From an uncultured delta proteobacterium (GTDB lineage: Bacteria; Myxococcota_A; Polyangia; Fen-1088), in NCBI GenBank assembly GCA_963755125.1, contig CAVWIP010000016.1:151604-215603 (forward strand): DNA of 64,000 nt, written 5' to 3'. The stretch's first letter is position 1. Each line of letters begins with the position of its first letter. The position numbers and the translations under genes were made by a program. This document shows, piece by piece, positions 8,851-18,039 of this stretch. The notes beneath the pieces were generated by a model. It was not told where the DNA came from, searched no databases, and was given only the letters and a program-made list of their open reading frames with translations.

Positions 8851-9734
8851 CACCGTCTCGCCGCCCCTGGATCGCTGTCATCACCTTTGGGCGCATGGTG
8901 AAGTTCAGCCACACGGTTTTTGCCCTGCCCTTTGCCCTGGCGGCTGTCACTCTGGCGTCGCGCGGCCACGGAGTCACCGTGGCGCAGATCGCAGCCATCG
9001 TCCTGGCCATGGTCGGCGCGCGCACTGCAGCCATGGGCTTCAACCGCATCGTCGACCGCCGCATCGATGCTGCCAACCCGCGCACCGCTGGACGCGAGTT
9101 GCCCACTGGCAAGGTTTCGCTGCCTGCTGCCGCAGGCTTGACCGCGGCCAGCGCCGCGCTTTTCCTGGCGGCGGCCGACTGGCTGGGTTCCTTGTGCTTG
9201 CAACTCGCACCCATCGTGCTGGTGCTGGTGTTCGGCTATTCGTTCACCAAGCGCCTCACCTGGCTGTGCCACCTGTTTCTCGGGCTGGCCATCGGCTGCG
9301 CGCCCGCGGCGGCCTGGATTGCCGTGCGCGGACAGTTGGACGCACCGGCGCTGTGGCTCAGCCTGGCAGTGGCCACATGGATCGCTGGCTTTGACGTCCT
9401 GTATGCGCTCGACGACCGTGACTTCGACCGGAAGGCCGGGATCCATTCCATTCCCGCTCGCTTTGGCGTGCTCGCGGCCTTGGTGACTTCCGCTGTCCTT
9501 CACACGGCCAGCGTCGCCGCCTTGCTGGCCGTGGGACAGACAGCGGGGCTCGGCTGGATCTACCTTGCAGGCATGGCCGTGGTCGTCGCGATGCTGATCT
9601 GGGAGCACGCCATCCTGCGGCCGTCGGACCTGTCGCGGCTGGACGTGGCGTTCTTCAACCTCAACGGCTACGTCTCGGTCATCTACTTCGCGGCCACGCT
9701 GGCGGATGTCATTGTGACGCAGTGGGCACAGTAG
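8847..9734 (+). CDS. mqnP: UbiA-family prenyltransferase (MqnP-like, menaquinone prenylation)
   Basis: KFSHTVFALPFA, ARTAAMGFNRIVDRRIDAANPRT, YSFTKR, GFDVLYALDD.DFD, AFFNLNG. Confidence 0.82.
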   Translation: MTPSRRPWIAVITFGRMVKFSHTVFALPFALAAVTLASRGHGVTVAQIAAIVLAMVGARTAAMGFNRIVDRRIDAANPRTAGRELPTGKVSLPAAAGLTAASAALFLAAADWLGSLCLQLAPIVLVLVFGYSFTKRLTWLCHLFLGLAIGCAPAAAWIAVRGQLDAPALWLSLAVATWIAGFDVLYALDDRDFDRKAGIHSIPARFGVLAALVTSAVLHTASVAALLAVGQTAGLGWIYLAGMAVVVAMLIWEHAILRPSDLSRLDVAFFNLNGYVSVIYFAATLADVIVTQWAQ

Positions 9735-9795
9735 GAATCGAACCTACAACAAACGGATTAAGAGTCCGCTGCTCTACCAATTGAGCTATGCGCCC
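9723..9795 (-). tRNA. tRNA-Lys (anticodon CTT), CCA not encoded
   Basis: Reverse complement GGGCGCATAGCTCAATTGGTAGAGCAGCGGACTCTTAATCCGTTTGTTGTAGGTTCGATTCCTACTGTGCCCA folds as a cloverleaf. Confidence 0.95.
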
Positions 9796-9852
9796 GCTCC
9801 GGGTCGATCGGGAAGGCAATGTATGCCTGGCGATCGCGGCCAAGTCAAGATG

Positions 9853-9926
9853 CGCGCCCGGAGGGAATCGAACCCCCAGCCCTCGGCTTCGAAGGCCGAT
9901 GCTCTATCCAATTGAGCTACGGGCGC
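9853..9926 (-). tRNA. tRNA-Arg (anticodon TCG), CCA not encoded
   Basis: Reverse complement GCGCCCGTAGCTCAATTGGATAGAGCATCGGCCTTCGAAGCCGAGGGCTGGGGGTTCGATTCCCTCCGGGCGCG. Confidence 0.95.
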
Positions 9927-9963
9927 AGGAAAGGCGAGATAATCCCGGCCTTCGCCGGCCCTG

Positions 9964-10554
9964 TCAAGGCTGGGTGCTGGGCGTCTTCCCCGGCTTGGGC
10001 GCGGGCACGTCCCTGGTTTCCGAGTTTCTCGCCGTCTTCTTCGGGACGAAGGTCAGGCGCAGACCCTTGATGAGCTGTTCCTTGGCGGCGTTTGGATCCC
10101 GCCGCATGTCCATGTTCTTTATCCGCTCCAGCGTGCTCTTCAGAATATCGAGACGGCCGCGCTCAGCCTCGCCGCAGGCCGTGCTGGACCCGGACTCGCA
10201 CAACGTTAGCGCCTTCTGCGCCTCCGCGTACGCGTGGGCTGGCTCGAAGTGGTCCGCCAGCGCGAGGCTGGCCAGATGATGCAGGCGATGGTCGTCCGGA
10301 TGGGCATCCAGCGCGCCTGCAAGCGAGGCCAAGGCCCAGTCTGGATGACGCAGGTCCATGAAGATGTCCGCCAGATCCAGCGAGGCGGCCACGTCACCCG
10401 GTGCAGCCAGAAGCTGGGTTTGCAATTCCGCGACCCGCTGGCGCATGACCGGATCTGGCGGCAGCGCTGGCTTGACCTTCACATCTGGCCTGGGCATGAG
10501 AATCGCCGCCGCGAGCAGCAACAGAATCGCCAGGTCGAGAACGCGCGTGACCAC
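9964..10554 (-). CDS. Membrane-anchored TPR-like hypothetical protein
   Basis: N-terminal hydrophobic helix, helical repeat pattern (P.D....LA..., HPDDHRLH.LA), GC3-biased codons. Confidence 0.65.
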   Translation of the reverse strand: MVTRVLDLAILLLLAAAILMPRPDVKVKPALPPDPVMRQRVAELQTQLLAAPGDVAASLDLADIFMDLRHPDWALASLAGALDAHPDDHRLHHLASLALADHFEPAHAYAEAQKALTLCESGSSTACGEAERGRLDILKSTLERIKNMDMRRDPNAAKEQLIKGLRLTFVPKKTARNSETRDVPAPKPGKTPSTQP

Positions 10555-10707
10555 GGAGTCTATTCGTACCGCAGTGCCGCGCTCCGGTCCAGCCGCCTGC
10601 CAGCCGGTGCCCCAAGATTCCCCAGACCGTGGCGGAAAGCCCCGGTCAGATCTTCACTCGGTTCTCTAGCCCACGAAATTCTTAGCTAGACAAGCCTGCC
10701 CAGTCTG

Positions 10708-10723
10708 TGGCATTTGAAATGCT
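10708..10723 (+). promoter_or_regulatory. Putative sigma-54 (-24/-12) promoter for the motor operon
   Basis: TGGCATTTGAAATGCT gives GG-N10-GC spacing, ~170 bp upstream of the AAGGAGG RBS and ATG at 10892. Confidence 0.55.
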
Positions 10724-10891
10724 TCTGTAGTCGCTGGGCGATTCTTGCTGGGGCGATTGGCGTCGGAGCGAGTCTGCGAACAGTAACCTACCGCTTCTTC
10801 CGCACCTCACGCTTTCTGAAATCTCTGGCCGGCTTCCCGTCCCACAGACCCAACTGTCCGGGAAATCGGCACCAAGACCAAGGAGGAACAG

Positions 10892-11533
10892 ATGACGATT
10901 CTTAAACTTCTGGCCGATGCCTTCCACGAAGGAGGATGGGGCATGTGGCCCATCCTCACCATTCTAATGATCACCATCTCGATCGTCACTGAACGAGCCG
11001 TGGTTCTTCGCAAGGCCGTCATCGACAAGGACAAATTGCTTGCCCTGCTGCGTTCGCAGATCTCGGCGGGCAACATCCAGGGCGCGATCAAGGTCTGCAC
11101 CGGCAATCCCACACCGATGACCCGCATCGTGCAGGCCGGCCTCATGCGCGCCAACCGGTCGGAGCCCGAGATTGTCGCGGCCATGGATGAAACATCTCTG
11201 CGCGAGTTGCCGCAGGTCGAGAAGCGAACCGGCTACCTGGCCATGCTGGGAAACCTTGCCACCTTGGCCGGTTTGCTCGGTACCATCACCGGCCTCATCA
11301 AGGCGTTTGCCGGTGTGGCAGGCGTCGACCCATCGCAAAAGGCGACTCTGCTGTCCAAAGGCATCTCCGAAGCCATGAACTGCACGGCGTTCGGCCTCTC
11401 CACCGGAATCATCGGCCTCGCCGCCTTTGCCTGGCTGAACGGCAAGACGCAAGGAATCCTCGACGACGTCGGAGAAATGAAGAAGAACGTGACCAACCTG
11501 CTGGCTAGCGCAAAGGCCGCGCTGCACGGGTAG
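10892..11533 (+). CDS. MotA/TolQ/ExbB proton-channel protein, AglR-like (copy 1)
   Basis: EGGWGMWPI, EKRTGYLAMLGNLATLAGLLGTITGLI..F, GISEAMNCTAFGL; strong RBS. Confidence 0.88.
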   Translation: MTILKLLADAFHEGGWGMWPILTILMITISIVTERAVVLRKAVIDKDKLLALLRSQISAGNIQGAIKVCTGNPTPMTRIVQAGLMRANRSEPEIVAAMDETSLRELPQVEKRTGYLAMLGNLATLAGLLGTITGLIKAFAGVAGVDPSQKATLLSKGISEAMNCTAFGLSTGIIGLAAFAWLNGKTQGILDDVGEMKKNVTNLLASAKAALHG

Positions 11534-11574
11534 CCCAACAAATTACGCAACGCCAAAGAAAAGGAGACTGAGCC

Positions 11575-12210
11575 ATGTTTTTGATGGAAGCGTTCAAAGA
11601 AGGTGGATGGGGCATGTACCCGATCCTTCTCATCTGTCTCATCACCATTTATCTGACCATTGATCGGGCATCGTACCTGGCAAAGTGCAAGGTCGATGCA
11701 GACCGACTGATCTCTCTCATCAAGTCCCAGATCGTCAGCGGCAACGTCCGCGGCGCCATCACAACCTGTCAGGCCACACCGGTGCCGCTCACCAAGATCA
11801 TCGCGGCCGGTCTCGCGAAGTCGGGTGGCTCGGAGCATGACATCCAGCAGGCGATGGACGAGGAAGCCCTGCGCGAGTTGCCCAAGGTGGAGAAGCGAAC
11901 TGGTTACCTGGCCATGCTGGGAAACCTGGCGACCCTGGCCGGACTGCTCGGAACCATCACCGGCCTCATCAAGTCGTTCGGCGCCGTGGCCGGCGTCGAT
12001 CCCTCGATGAAGGCGACCATGCTCTCCAAGGGTATCTCCGAGGCCATGAACTGCACCGCCTTCGGGTTGGGCACCGGTATCTTCGGCCTTGCCGCGTTCG
12101 CCGTGCTCAACGGCAAAACGCAGCACATCCTCGACGGCGTCAACCAGGGCACGGTCGAGGCGCTCAATCTGGTGATCGCCGGTCGTTCAGACACCGGCGC
12201 TCAGCACTAG
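11575..12210 (+). CDS. MotA/TolQ/ExbB proton-channel protein, AglR-like (copy 2)
   Basis: Same motifs as copy 1; own AAAGGAG RBS. Confidence 0.88.
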   Translation: MFLMEAFKEGGWGMYPILLICLITIYLTIDRASYLAKCKVDADRLISLIKSQIVSGNVRGAITTCQATPVPLTKIIAAGLAKSGGSEHDIQQAMDEEALRELPKVEKRTGYLAMLGNLATLAGLLGTITGLIKSFGAVAGVDPSMKATMLSKGISEAMNCTAFGLGTGIFGLAAFAVLNGKTQHILDGVNQGTVEALNLVIAGRSDTGAQH

Positions 12211-12262
12211 CCGATAGCGAATGGAGGGGGCCGAGGCCGGCCCCCAAGACGGGAGCTCAATC

Positions 12263-12736
12263 ATGAGTGTTTCAGTAGATACTGGCGGTAAGGGCAATAA
12301 AAAGCAGCTTAACGCCGAACTCAATCTGGTGCCCTACATCGACCTGCTCACCTGCATGGTCGCTTTCCTTCTCATCACTGCGGTGTGGACTCAACTCGCC
12401 CGCCTGCAGGCCCAGCAGAAGGGGCAGGGGCAAGCCGGCGAGGAAACTCCGCCCGAGTTGCAGGTCAAAGTCGTGGTGATGGTAAACCAGGAAGGCTTCA
12501 ACCTGGTGGTTGGTCAGGACCAGACCCCGATTCCCAAGAAGGGATTTGACTACGACTTTGAGAAGCTGTCTGCCGAGTTGAAGAAGGCCAAGGACAGTCA
12601 CCCGGACAAGAACGACGCCCAGGTGGCTTCCGAGGACACCATCAAGTTCGATGTCCTGGTGCGTGCCATGGACACCGCCATCCAAGCGAGATTCCCGGAC
12701 ATCTCGCTCATCGACTCGGGCGCAGCCGGGATTTAG
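12263..12736 (+). CDS. ExbD/TolR protein, AglQ-like
   Basis: ELNLVPYIDLLTCMVAFLLITAVWTQ with conserved TM Asp; follows tolQ pair. Confidence 0.85.
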   Translation: MSVSVDTGGKGNKKQLNAELNLVPYIDLLTCMVAFLLITAVWTQLARLQAQQKGQGQAGEETPPELQVKVVVMVNQEGFNLVVGQDQTPIPKKGFDYDFEKLSAELKKAKDSHPDKNDAQVASEDTIKFDVLVRAMDTAIQARFPDISLIDSGAAGI

Positions 12737-12754
12737 GGTCCCAGGAGAACCATC

Positions 12755-13327
12755 ATGGCAATCAAGGCGCCGCACTCGCACCTTTACCACTCGATCAGCC
12801 TCGAGGTAACCAACTCGAAGCTGGGGGGTGCAGGCCGCAAGAGCCTGTACCAGGGCCTCAACCTCGTGGCCTATATCGACATGATGACGATCCTTGTCAT
12901 CTTCCTGCTGATGACCTTCTCGGCCAGCGGCGAGATACTCTTCGTGCAGAAGAACATCACCCTGCCCGATGCGCAGAGTTGGACCGACCTCGAGCGCGCA
13001 CCGGTCATCGGTGTGACCAAGGACGTCGTCACCCTCGACGGCGCGCAGGTAGCCACTGGCGAAGAACTGATGAAGGACTCGGCCACCGGCGATGCCAAGA
13101 TCCCCGAGCTGGCCGATCGGCTGGTGACCGCAAAGAACAACTACAAGCTACTGCACCCCACAGAGGACTTCAAAGGGGTGTGCATTATCCAATCGGACAA
13201 GAGCGTCGAGTTCAAGATGCTTCGCAAAGTCATGTTCTCGGCAGCCACGGCAGGCTACCAGAACGTGAACTTTGCCGTGCGGCCCAAGGCCAGGGGCGGA
13301 GCCGCCGCACCGGCCGCAGCCGAGTGA
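12755..13327 (+). CDS. ExbD/TolR protein, AglS-like
   Basis: MAIKAP N-terminus, LNLVAYIDMMTILVIFLLMTFSASGE, IQSDK.V.F..LRKVMFSA..AGY.NVNFAV. Confidence 0.85.
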   Translation: MAIKAPHSHLYHSISLEVTNSKLGGAGRKSLYQGLNLVAYIDMMTILVIFLLMTFSASGEILFVQKNITLPDAQSWTDLERAPVIGVTKDVVTLDGAQVATGEELMKDSATGDAKIPELADRLVTAKNNYKLLHPTEDFKGVCIIQSDKSVEFKMLRKVMFSAATAGYQNVNFAVRPKARGGAAAPAAAE

Positions 13328-13339
13328 CCGTGGTTTTTC

Positions 13340-13368
13340 AGCGGGTCGATCGCGGTTGTCGACCCGCT
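13340..13368 (+). terminator. 10-bp stem-loop after the motor operon (terminator or mRNA-stabilising hairpin)
   Basis: agcgggtcga-N9-tcgacccgct; no clear U-tract. Confidence 0.4.
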
Positions 13369-13453
13369 ATCGCTGTGTCATTGGCGGCCGGTTTCCATCA
13401 GGGCCGGTCGCAGGGATTCGTCACGGGAGAATCGTTTCCAGGGAGGTGCTGAG

Positions 13454-15028
13454 ATGCGAAAAGCTAGCTACGTGGTGGTCGGCGTGCTCACCGCCGGTTT
13501 CGTCTTGTCCGGGTGTGAAGGCGACCCGAACGATCCGCGTACCTGGGCACGCAAGCTGAGTAATTTGCGCGATCAGAAAGAGGCGCTGGATCAGCTTGCC
13601 AAGATGAGCGTGGAGCGTGCCCAGCAGGCGCTTCCCGAGATGATTGCGCTGTACAAGGAAACCAAGAAGCCGGACCACCTGGAGGCGCTCAGCCGCTTCC
13701 CCAATGACCAGACCAAGTCCCTCTTCATCGAAGCCCTGGACTTCACCGAGGACGACTTTGATCGGGCCGTCATTGCCGCCGGCGCATTGGGTGACATGAA
13801 GGCCACCGACGCGGTCCCGCAGCTCATCAAGGCGGTCGAGCACCAGCTTCCCATCAAGTCGCGCGCCAACACCGTGCGACTGGCGGCGATTCGCGCCTTG
13901 GTAAAGATTGGCGACAAGCGGGCGGTGCCTGCCCTGATGAAGATCCTCACCACCTCGGCCGACGAGCAAGATTTCTTGCTCAACCAGAAGGCGGCCCTCG
14001 GCTTGGCCGAGTTGCGCGACCCGCAGTCGATCCCGGCGCTCATCAAAGGTCTGTTCATGACCGGCCGTGGCACACAGGTGTTCCAAGAATGCCGTCTGGC
14101 CTTGGTGCGCATCGGAGATCCCGCGGTGGGTCCGCTCATCGATTTGCTCAATGAGAAGAACCCTGAGATCGCCGAGATGGCGCGCAAGCTGGACTTCGAC
14201 AAGGTCAGCCCTGGCATCGTGCCATTCAAGGCTGCCTATCTGCTGGGCGATCTGCGCGCGGCGCGTGCCGTGCCGGCCATGGCCGCGCGCCTGAAAGTCC
14301 CGGCCAAGTCGGGCGAGCACAAGGCCATCCTCATCGGCCTCGGTTTCATCGGCACTCCGGAAGCGGTCAGGGTGCTGCTCGACGTGCTGACCGACAAGAA
14401 GGCCGAGGCGACCGACCGTCAGGCTGCCGAGGACGGCATCTACCTGTCAGGGGACAAGCGCGCGGTGCCCATCCTGCTGGATACGGCCAAGAATGGCTAC
14501 GTGGTCGTGGGCGGGGTCAAGGCATCCGACCTGCGGGCCAACGCCGCGATCGATCTTGCCCGCATCGCGGGCAAGGAAACCTACGATGCGTTCAAGGCCC
14601 TGGCCGACAAGGAGAAGGACGCGCAGGGAATCTTCGGCGAGGCGCTCGACCGTATGCAGGTGGCCAAAACCTGCGACAAGGACATCGACTGTTACGCCAA
14701 GGTTCTCAATACCGATCCGTCCTGGACCCGCGCTGAGAAGGCGGCGTTCGCCATCGGCTTTTCCGGCAATGCCGCAAAGGGGGTGCCCATCCTGCTCAGC
14801 GCGCTCAAGCCAGTGGCCTCACTGTCCCAGGATCGCTACCCGGTGCACCAGGCCATCCTGCAGTCGCTCACCAAGCTGGCCGATTCATCGTGCAAGACCT
14901 GCGAAGAGAAGTTGCTCAAGCAAATCGAGCGCGACGAACAGGCGGTGCGCCTGCCCGGCGCACGCGACCTTCTGGGCGAAACCCGTGTGGCCTTGGCGGT
15001 GATCCAGAACAAGAAGAAGGCGAATTAG
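13454..15028 (+). CDS. HEAT-repeat lipoprotein
   Basis: Lipobox VLSGC, GGGAGG RBS, repeated R.AA..AL..IGD.RAVP.L PBS-lyase/HEAT units. Confidence 0.8.
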   Translation: MRKASYVVVGVLTAGFVLSGCEGDPNDPRTWARKLSNLRDQKEALDQLAKMSVERAQQALPEMIALYKETKKPDHLEALSRFPNDQTKSLFIEALDFTEDDFDRAVIAAGALGDMKATDAVPQLIKAVEHQLPIKSRANTVRLAAIRALVKIGDKRAVPALMKILTTSADEQDFLLNQKAALGLAELRDPQSIPALIKGLFMTGRGTQVFQECRLALVRIGDPAVGPLIDLLNEKNPEIAEMARKLDFDKVSPGIVPFKAAYLLGDLRAARAVPAMAARLKVPAKSGEHKAILIGLGFIGTPEAVRVLLDVLTDKKAEATDRQAAEDGIYLSGDKRAVPILLDTAKNGYVVVGGVKASDLRANAAIDLARIAGKETYDAFKALADKEKDAQGIFGEALDRMQVAKTCDKDIDCYAKVLNTDPSWTRAEKAAFAIGFSGNAAKGVPILLSALKPVASLSQDRYPVHQAILQSLTKLADSSCKTCEEKLLKQIERDEQAVRLPGARDLLGETRVALAVIQNKKKAN

Positions 15029-15068
15029 GACCGCGGGGTTCGCTCTCACGATCAGGGAGCCGCTCGTG

Positions 15069-15425
15069 CTACGGGGACTGATACTCAGCGACCACGGTGG
15101 TGTGAATGCCACCACGGATGTTGAAGTCACCCTCGACGCGCGCGCGCCGCGGACGAACCGCTGCCACCAAGTCGTCCAGGATGCGGTTGACCACGGCCTC
15201 GTGAAATGCGCCCTGGTTGCGGTACGACCACAGGTACAGTTTCCACGACTTGAGTTCGACGCACAGCTGGTCGGGCACGTACTCGACGCGAACCGTGGCA
15301 AAATCGGGTTGACCTGTCCTGGGGCAAAGGCAGGTGAACTCCGGCGTCTCGAAGCGGATCAGGTAGTCCCGCTCAGGCTTCGGATTGGGGAAGGACTCGA
15401 GTGTCTGGGATGGCGTGGTACCCAT
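15069..15425 (-). CDS. queF: preQ1 synthase QueF (type I, 7-cyano-7-deazaguanine reductase)
   Basis: [43 protein letters not shown]. Confidence 0.95.
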   Translation of the reverse strand: MGTTPSQTLESFPNPKPERDYLIRFETPEFTCLCPRTGQPDFATVRVEYVPDQLCVELKSWKLYLWSYRNQGAFHEAVVNRILDDLVAAVRPRRARVEGDFNIRGGIHTTVVAEYQSP

Positions 15426-15511
15426 GCACCTGCCATGATAGCAGGCGCCTCTTGCTTGACACTTGCGGAAACCGGAAGTGTCGGGTTCTTGCCTTTGGAA
15501 GGCTCTCTCGC

Positions 15512-16198
15512 ATGATGCGATATCGCTTGTTCTCTCCCCTGTTCCTTTGCGGCCTTCTTGCGCTGGCGCCCTCCCTGGCCACCGCTGCCACCGTGCATGG
15601 CATGGTCAGTTTGCCTGAAGAGATCAAGTCTGGCCGTCGCTTTCTTGGCCACTGGCGGGTCGAAAACACCACCGTCGCCGTCCAGCCGGCGCCTGCGCGG
15701 GGCGATAGCGTCGTGGTGCTGGTGGGCCCCAAGCCGCAGGTTCTCGCCCCTAAGAACACGCCGGTCGAGATCGTTGGCATGCAGGCCAATCCCGCCACGG
15801 TGGTCGTGGGCGAGGGTGCGGTGGTGGAATTCAGGAACTCGGACAAGGTTTCGCACGACCTTTCCGTGCCCGGCCGGCCCGAGATCATGCCGCCCGAACG
15901 TCTGGCTCCGGGCACCGTGCGCAAGCAGCGCTTCGGCATCAGCGGGGAATACGTCGTACGCTGCACCGAGTATCCCCATATTGTGATCTCCGTGATCGTC
16001 ACCAGCTCGCCGTTCTTTGCGGCGGTGGATGAGAAGGGGGGCTTCAAGCTGCTCGATGTGCCAGAAGGTCCGGCCACGCTCAAAGTGTGGAGCAATGGCC
16101 GCTGGGTCCACGAACAGGCGGTCGAGGTGACCCCCAGGGGCCTCGACCTGACCATCAAGGTGCCCAGCACGGCCAACAAAGACGTGACCGAGCAATAG
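15512..16198 (+). CDS. Secreted protein with cupredoxin-like and carboxypeptidase-regulatory-like beta domains
   Basis: Signal peptide; F.NSD...H, C..YP, VDEKG.F.L.DVP.G...LKVW pattern. Confidence 0.6.
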   Translation: MMRYRLFSPLFLCGLLALAPSLATAATVHGMVSLPEEIKSGRRFLGHWRVENTTVAVQPAPARGDSVVVLVGPKPQVLAPKNTPVEIVGMQANPATVVVGEGAVVEFRNSDKVSHDLSVPGRPEIMPPERLAPGTVRKQRFGISGEYVVRCTEYPHIVISVIVTSSPFFAAVDEKGGFKLLDVPEGPATLKVWSNGRWVHEQAVEVTPRGLDLTIKVPSTANKDVTEQ

Positions 16199-16209
16199 GG
16201 GCGAAAGCG

Positions 16210-18039
16210 ATGTTCCTGTCCAAGATATGGTTTGTTCTGGTCGGGCTGCTGGCCGGGGTCGCAGTTACGGCGGCCTTCGTGGCACCCCGCCCGGCCGATC
16301 GTCACATCGAGCAACTGGAAGGTCAGCGTCTGGATCGTGCGCAATATGCGGCCGAGCAGATGCTAAAGAGCGATGCGCATCGCTGGATCGACTCTGTGGC
16401 CAAGCTGGGCCGCGACGCGCACCTCACTGAGGCTCTCGACTCCTCGTCGCGTGGGGCGGGTGAGCCCAAAGCCCTGCACGAAACCGTGCGCAGCCGTCTT
16501 AAGGCCCTGGTGCCTGACCGCGCCGCCGCTGGCGTGGAGTCGCTTGTCGCCGTGGACAGCAAGGGACGCGTGGTAGCCCGGATAGGCGACGACGAGGGCG
16601 AGTACGGCGAATCGATTGCCGGAGCCGAGGTGGTGGCGGACGCCCTGCGAGGCTATCTGTCCGACGACGTGTGGGGCGCTTCCGGTCGTCTGCGCCGGGT
16701 GGGCGCGGCGCCGGTCATATCCAGGTCACGCGAGCGCATCGTCGGAGCGCTGGTGGTTGCGGTCGAAACCGGCAAGCGCTTGGCCGAGATCTGGAAGCGC
16801 AACCTGGGCGTGGATGTGGCCATCGTGCTCGGCAAGACGGTCGTGTCGTCGACCCTGCCCGAGGCACTCCTCGGCCAGTTGCCGGAACTCATTGAGCAGC
16901 ACGCCACCGAGATCGCCAATCACAAGCGCACACGCCCCCTCTCCCTGGACATGGGCAACAAGCGCATGCTCCTGATCGCGGCACCTTTCGTCGGCGAGGC
17001 ATCGGAGCAGCGGGCCTACTACGTCCTGCTCAACGAAAAGTCTCCCAAATCCGATCCGTGGGTCCTGCTGTCGAACGCCAAATCGGATGACCTCCGGTGG
17101 GGGGGAGATTTTCCCTGGGTGCCCCTGGCCCTGGGCATGTTGGCCATGATCGGCATCGGTCTCTTCCTGCAGCGGATCGAGGTGGAAGGCCCGATCCGGC
17201 GTCTGCGCGCCGAAGTGCACAGTCTGGCCCGCAACGAGCTGCAGAAGCTCGACGACACCAGGTACGGCGGCAAGCTGGGTGGTGTCGCGCGGGATATTAA
17301 CGCCACGGTCGAGCGTTTCACCCACGCTCCCCCGCCCAAGTCCGAGATGGCCAAGAAGGATATCGCGGCGATTCTGGATCAGAGCGGCTCGGCCGATGGC
17401 CAGTCGTTCGACGTGTCACGCGCCAAGCCTGCGAAGCCCGCGCCTGCGCCCAACCCGGCGTCGGTCGCCGCATCGCTGTTCGGCGCGCCCAAGCTTCCGC
17501 CCACTGTGGGTGGCCCGCCCCCGGCCGTCGCGCCTCCGTCGCCGGTTGCTGGCCCGCAGGCACCGGCCGCACCGACGGGTAGCACCAGCCGTCCTTCATC
17601 CCTGCCCACCTTGCCATCACCGTTGGAGACGACGTCGTCCCCCACCGAGGAGTTCGCCGCTGTTTCGCCGTCCTCCCTCATCGAAGCTCCGTCGCCCCCG
17701 CCTCTGCGCCGCGACGTCACTCCGCCACCGGTGCCGGTCGCGGCCGGCCTGACCGCAGCCTTCGCGACCCCACCGCCTGCTCCGCGCCCGGCTCCTGCGG
17801 CGACGAACGAACCCCAAGACGCGGAGACGGTGCACTTTCAACAGGTCTTTGAAGAATACATCGCCCTTCGCGGCAAGTGTGGCGAGTCGACGACCTCAGT
17901 TTCCGCGGAGAAGTTCCTCGCCAAGCTGAAGAGCAACCGCGACCAGTTGGTCGCCAAGTACAGCTGCCGTACAGCTCGCTTCTCGGTCTACGTCAAGGAC
18001 GGCAAGGCGGCTATCAAGGCCACGCCGGTACGAAGTTAG
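16210..18039 (+). CDS. MXAN_5187-family membrane protein (Cache-like periplasmic domain, HAMP-like segment, Pro-rich linker, conserved C-terminal domain)
   Basis: MFLSKIWF start, two TM helices, C-terminal HFQQVFEEY...CGE...FSVYVKDGKAAIKATP. Confidence 0.72.
   Translation: MFLSKIWFVLVGLLAGVAVTAAFVAPRPADRHIEQLEGQRLDRAQYAAEQMLKSDAHRWIDSVAKLGRDAHLTEALDSSSRGAGEPKALHETVRSRLKALVPDRAAAGVESLVAVDSKGRVVARIGDDEGEYGESIAGAEVVADALRGYLSDDVWGASGRLRRVGAAPVISRSRERIVGALVVAVETGKRLAEIWKRNLGVDVAIVLGKTVVSSTLPEALLGQLPELIEQHATEIANHKRTRPLSLDMGNKRMLLIAAPFVGEASEQRAYYVLLNEKSPKSDPWVLLSNAKSDDLRWGGDFPWVPLALGMLAMIGIGLFLQRIEVEGPIRRLRAEVHSLARNELQKLDDTRYGGKLGGVARDINATVERFTHAPPPKSEMAKKDIAAILDQSGSADGQSFDVSRAKPAKPAPAPNPASVAASLFGAPKLPPTVGGPPPAVAPPSPVAGPQAPAAPTGSTSRPSSLPTLPSPLETTSSPTEEFAAVSPSSLIEAPSPPPLRRDVTPPPVPVAAGLTAAFATPPPAPRPAPAATNEPQDAETVHFQQVFEEYIALRGKCGESTTSVSAEKFLAKLKSNRDQLVAKYSCRTARFSVYVKDGKAAIKATPVRS

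Noticed and set aside
15426..15511. Possible preQ1 riboswitch upstream of queF; hairpin containing TTGACA
   Set aside because: No preQ1 consensus or A-rich tail on the queF strand, and no -10 box at correct spacing from TTGACA
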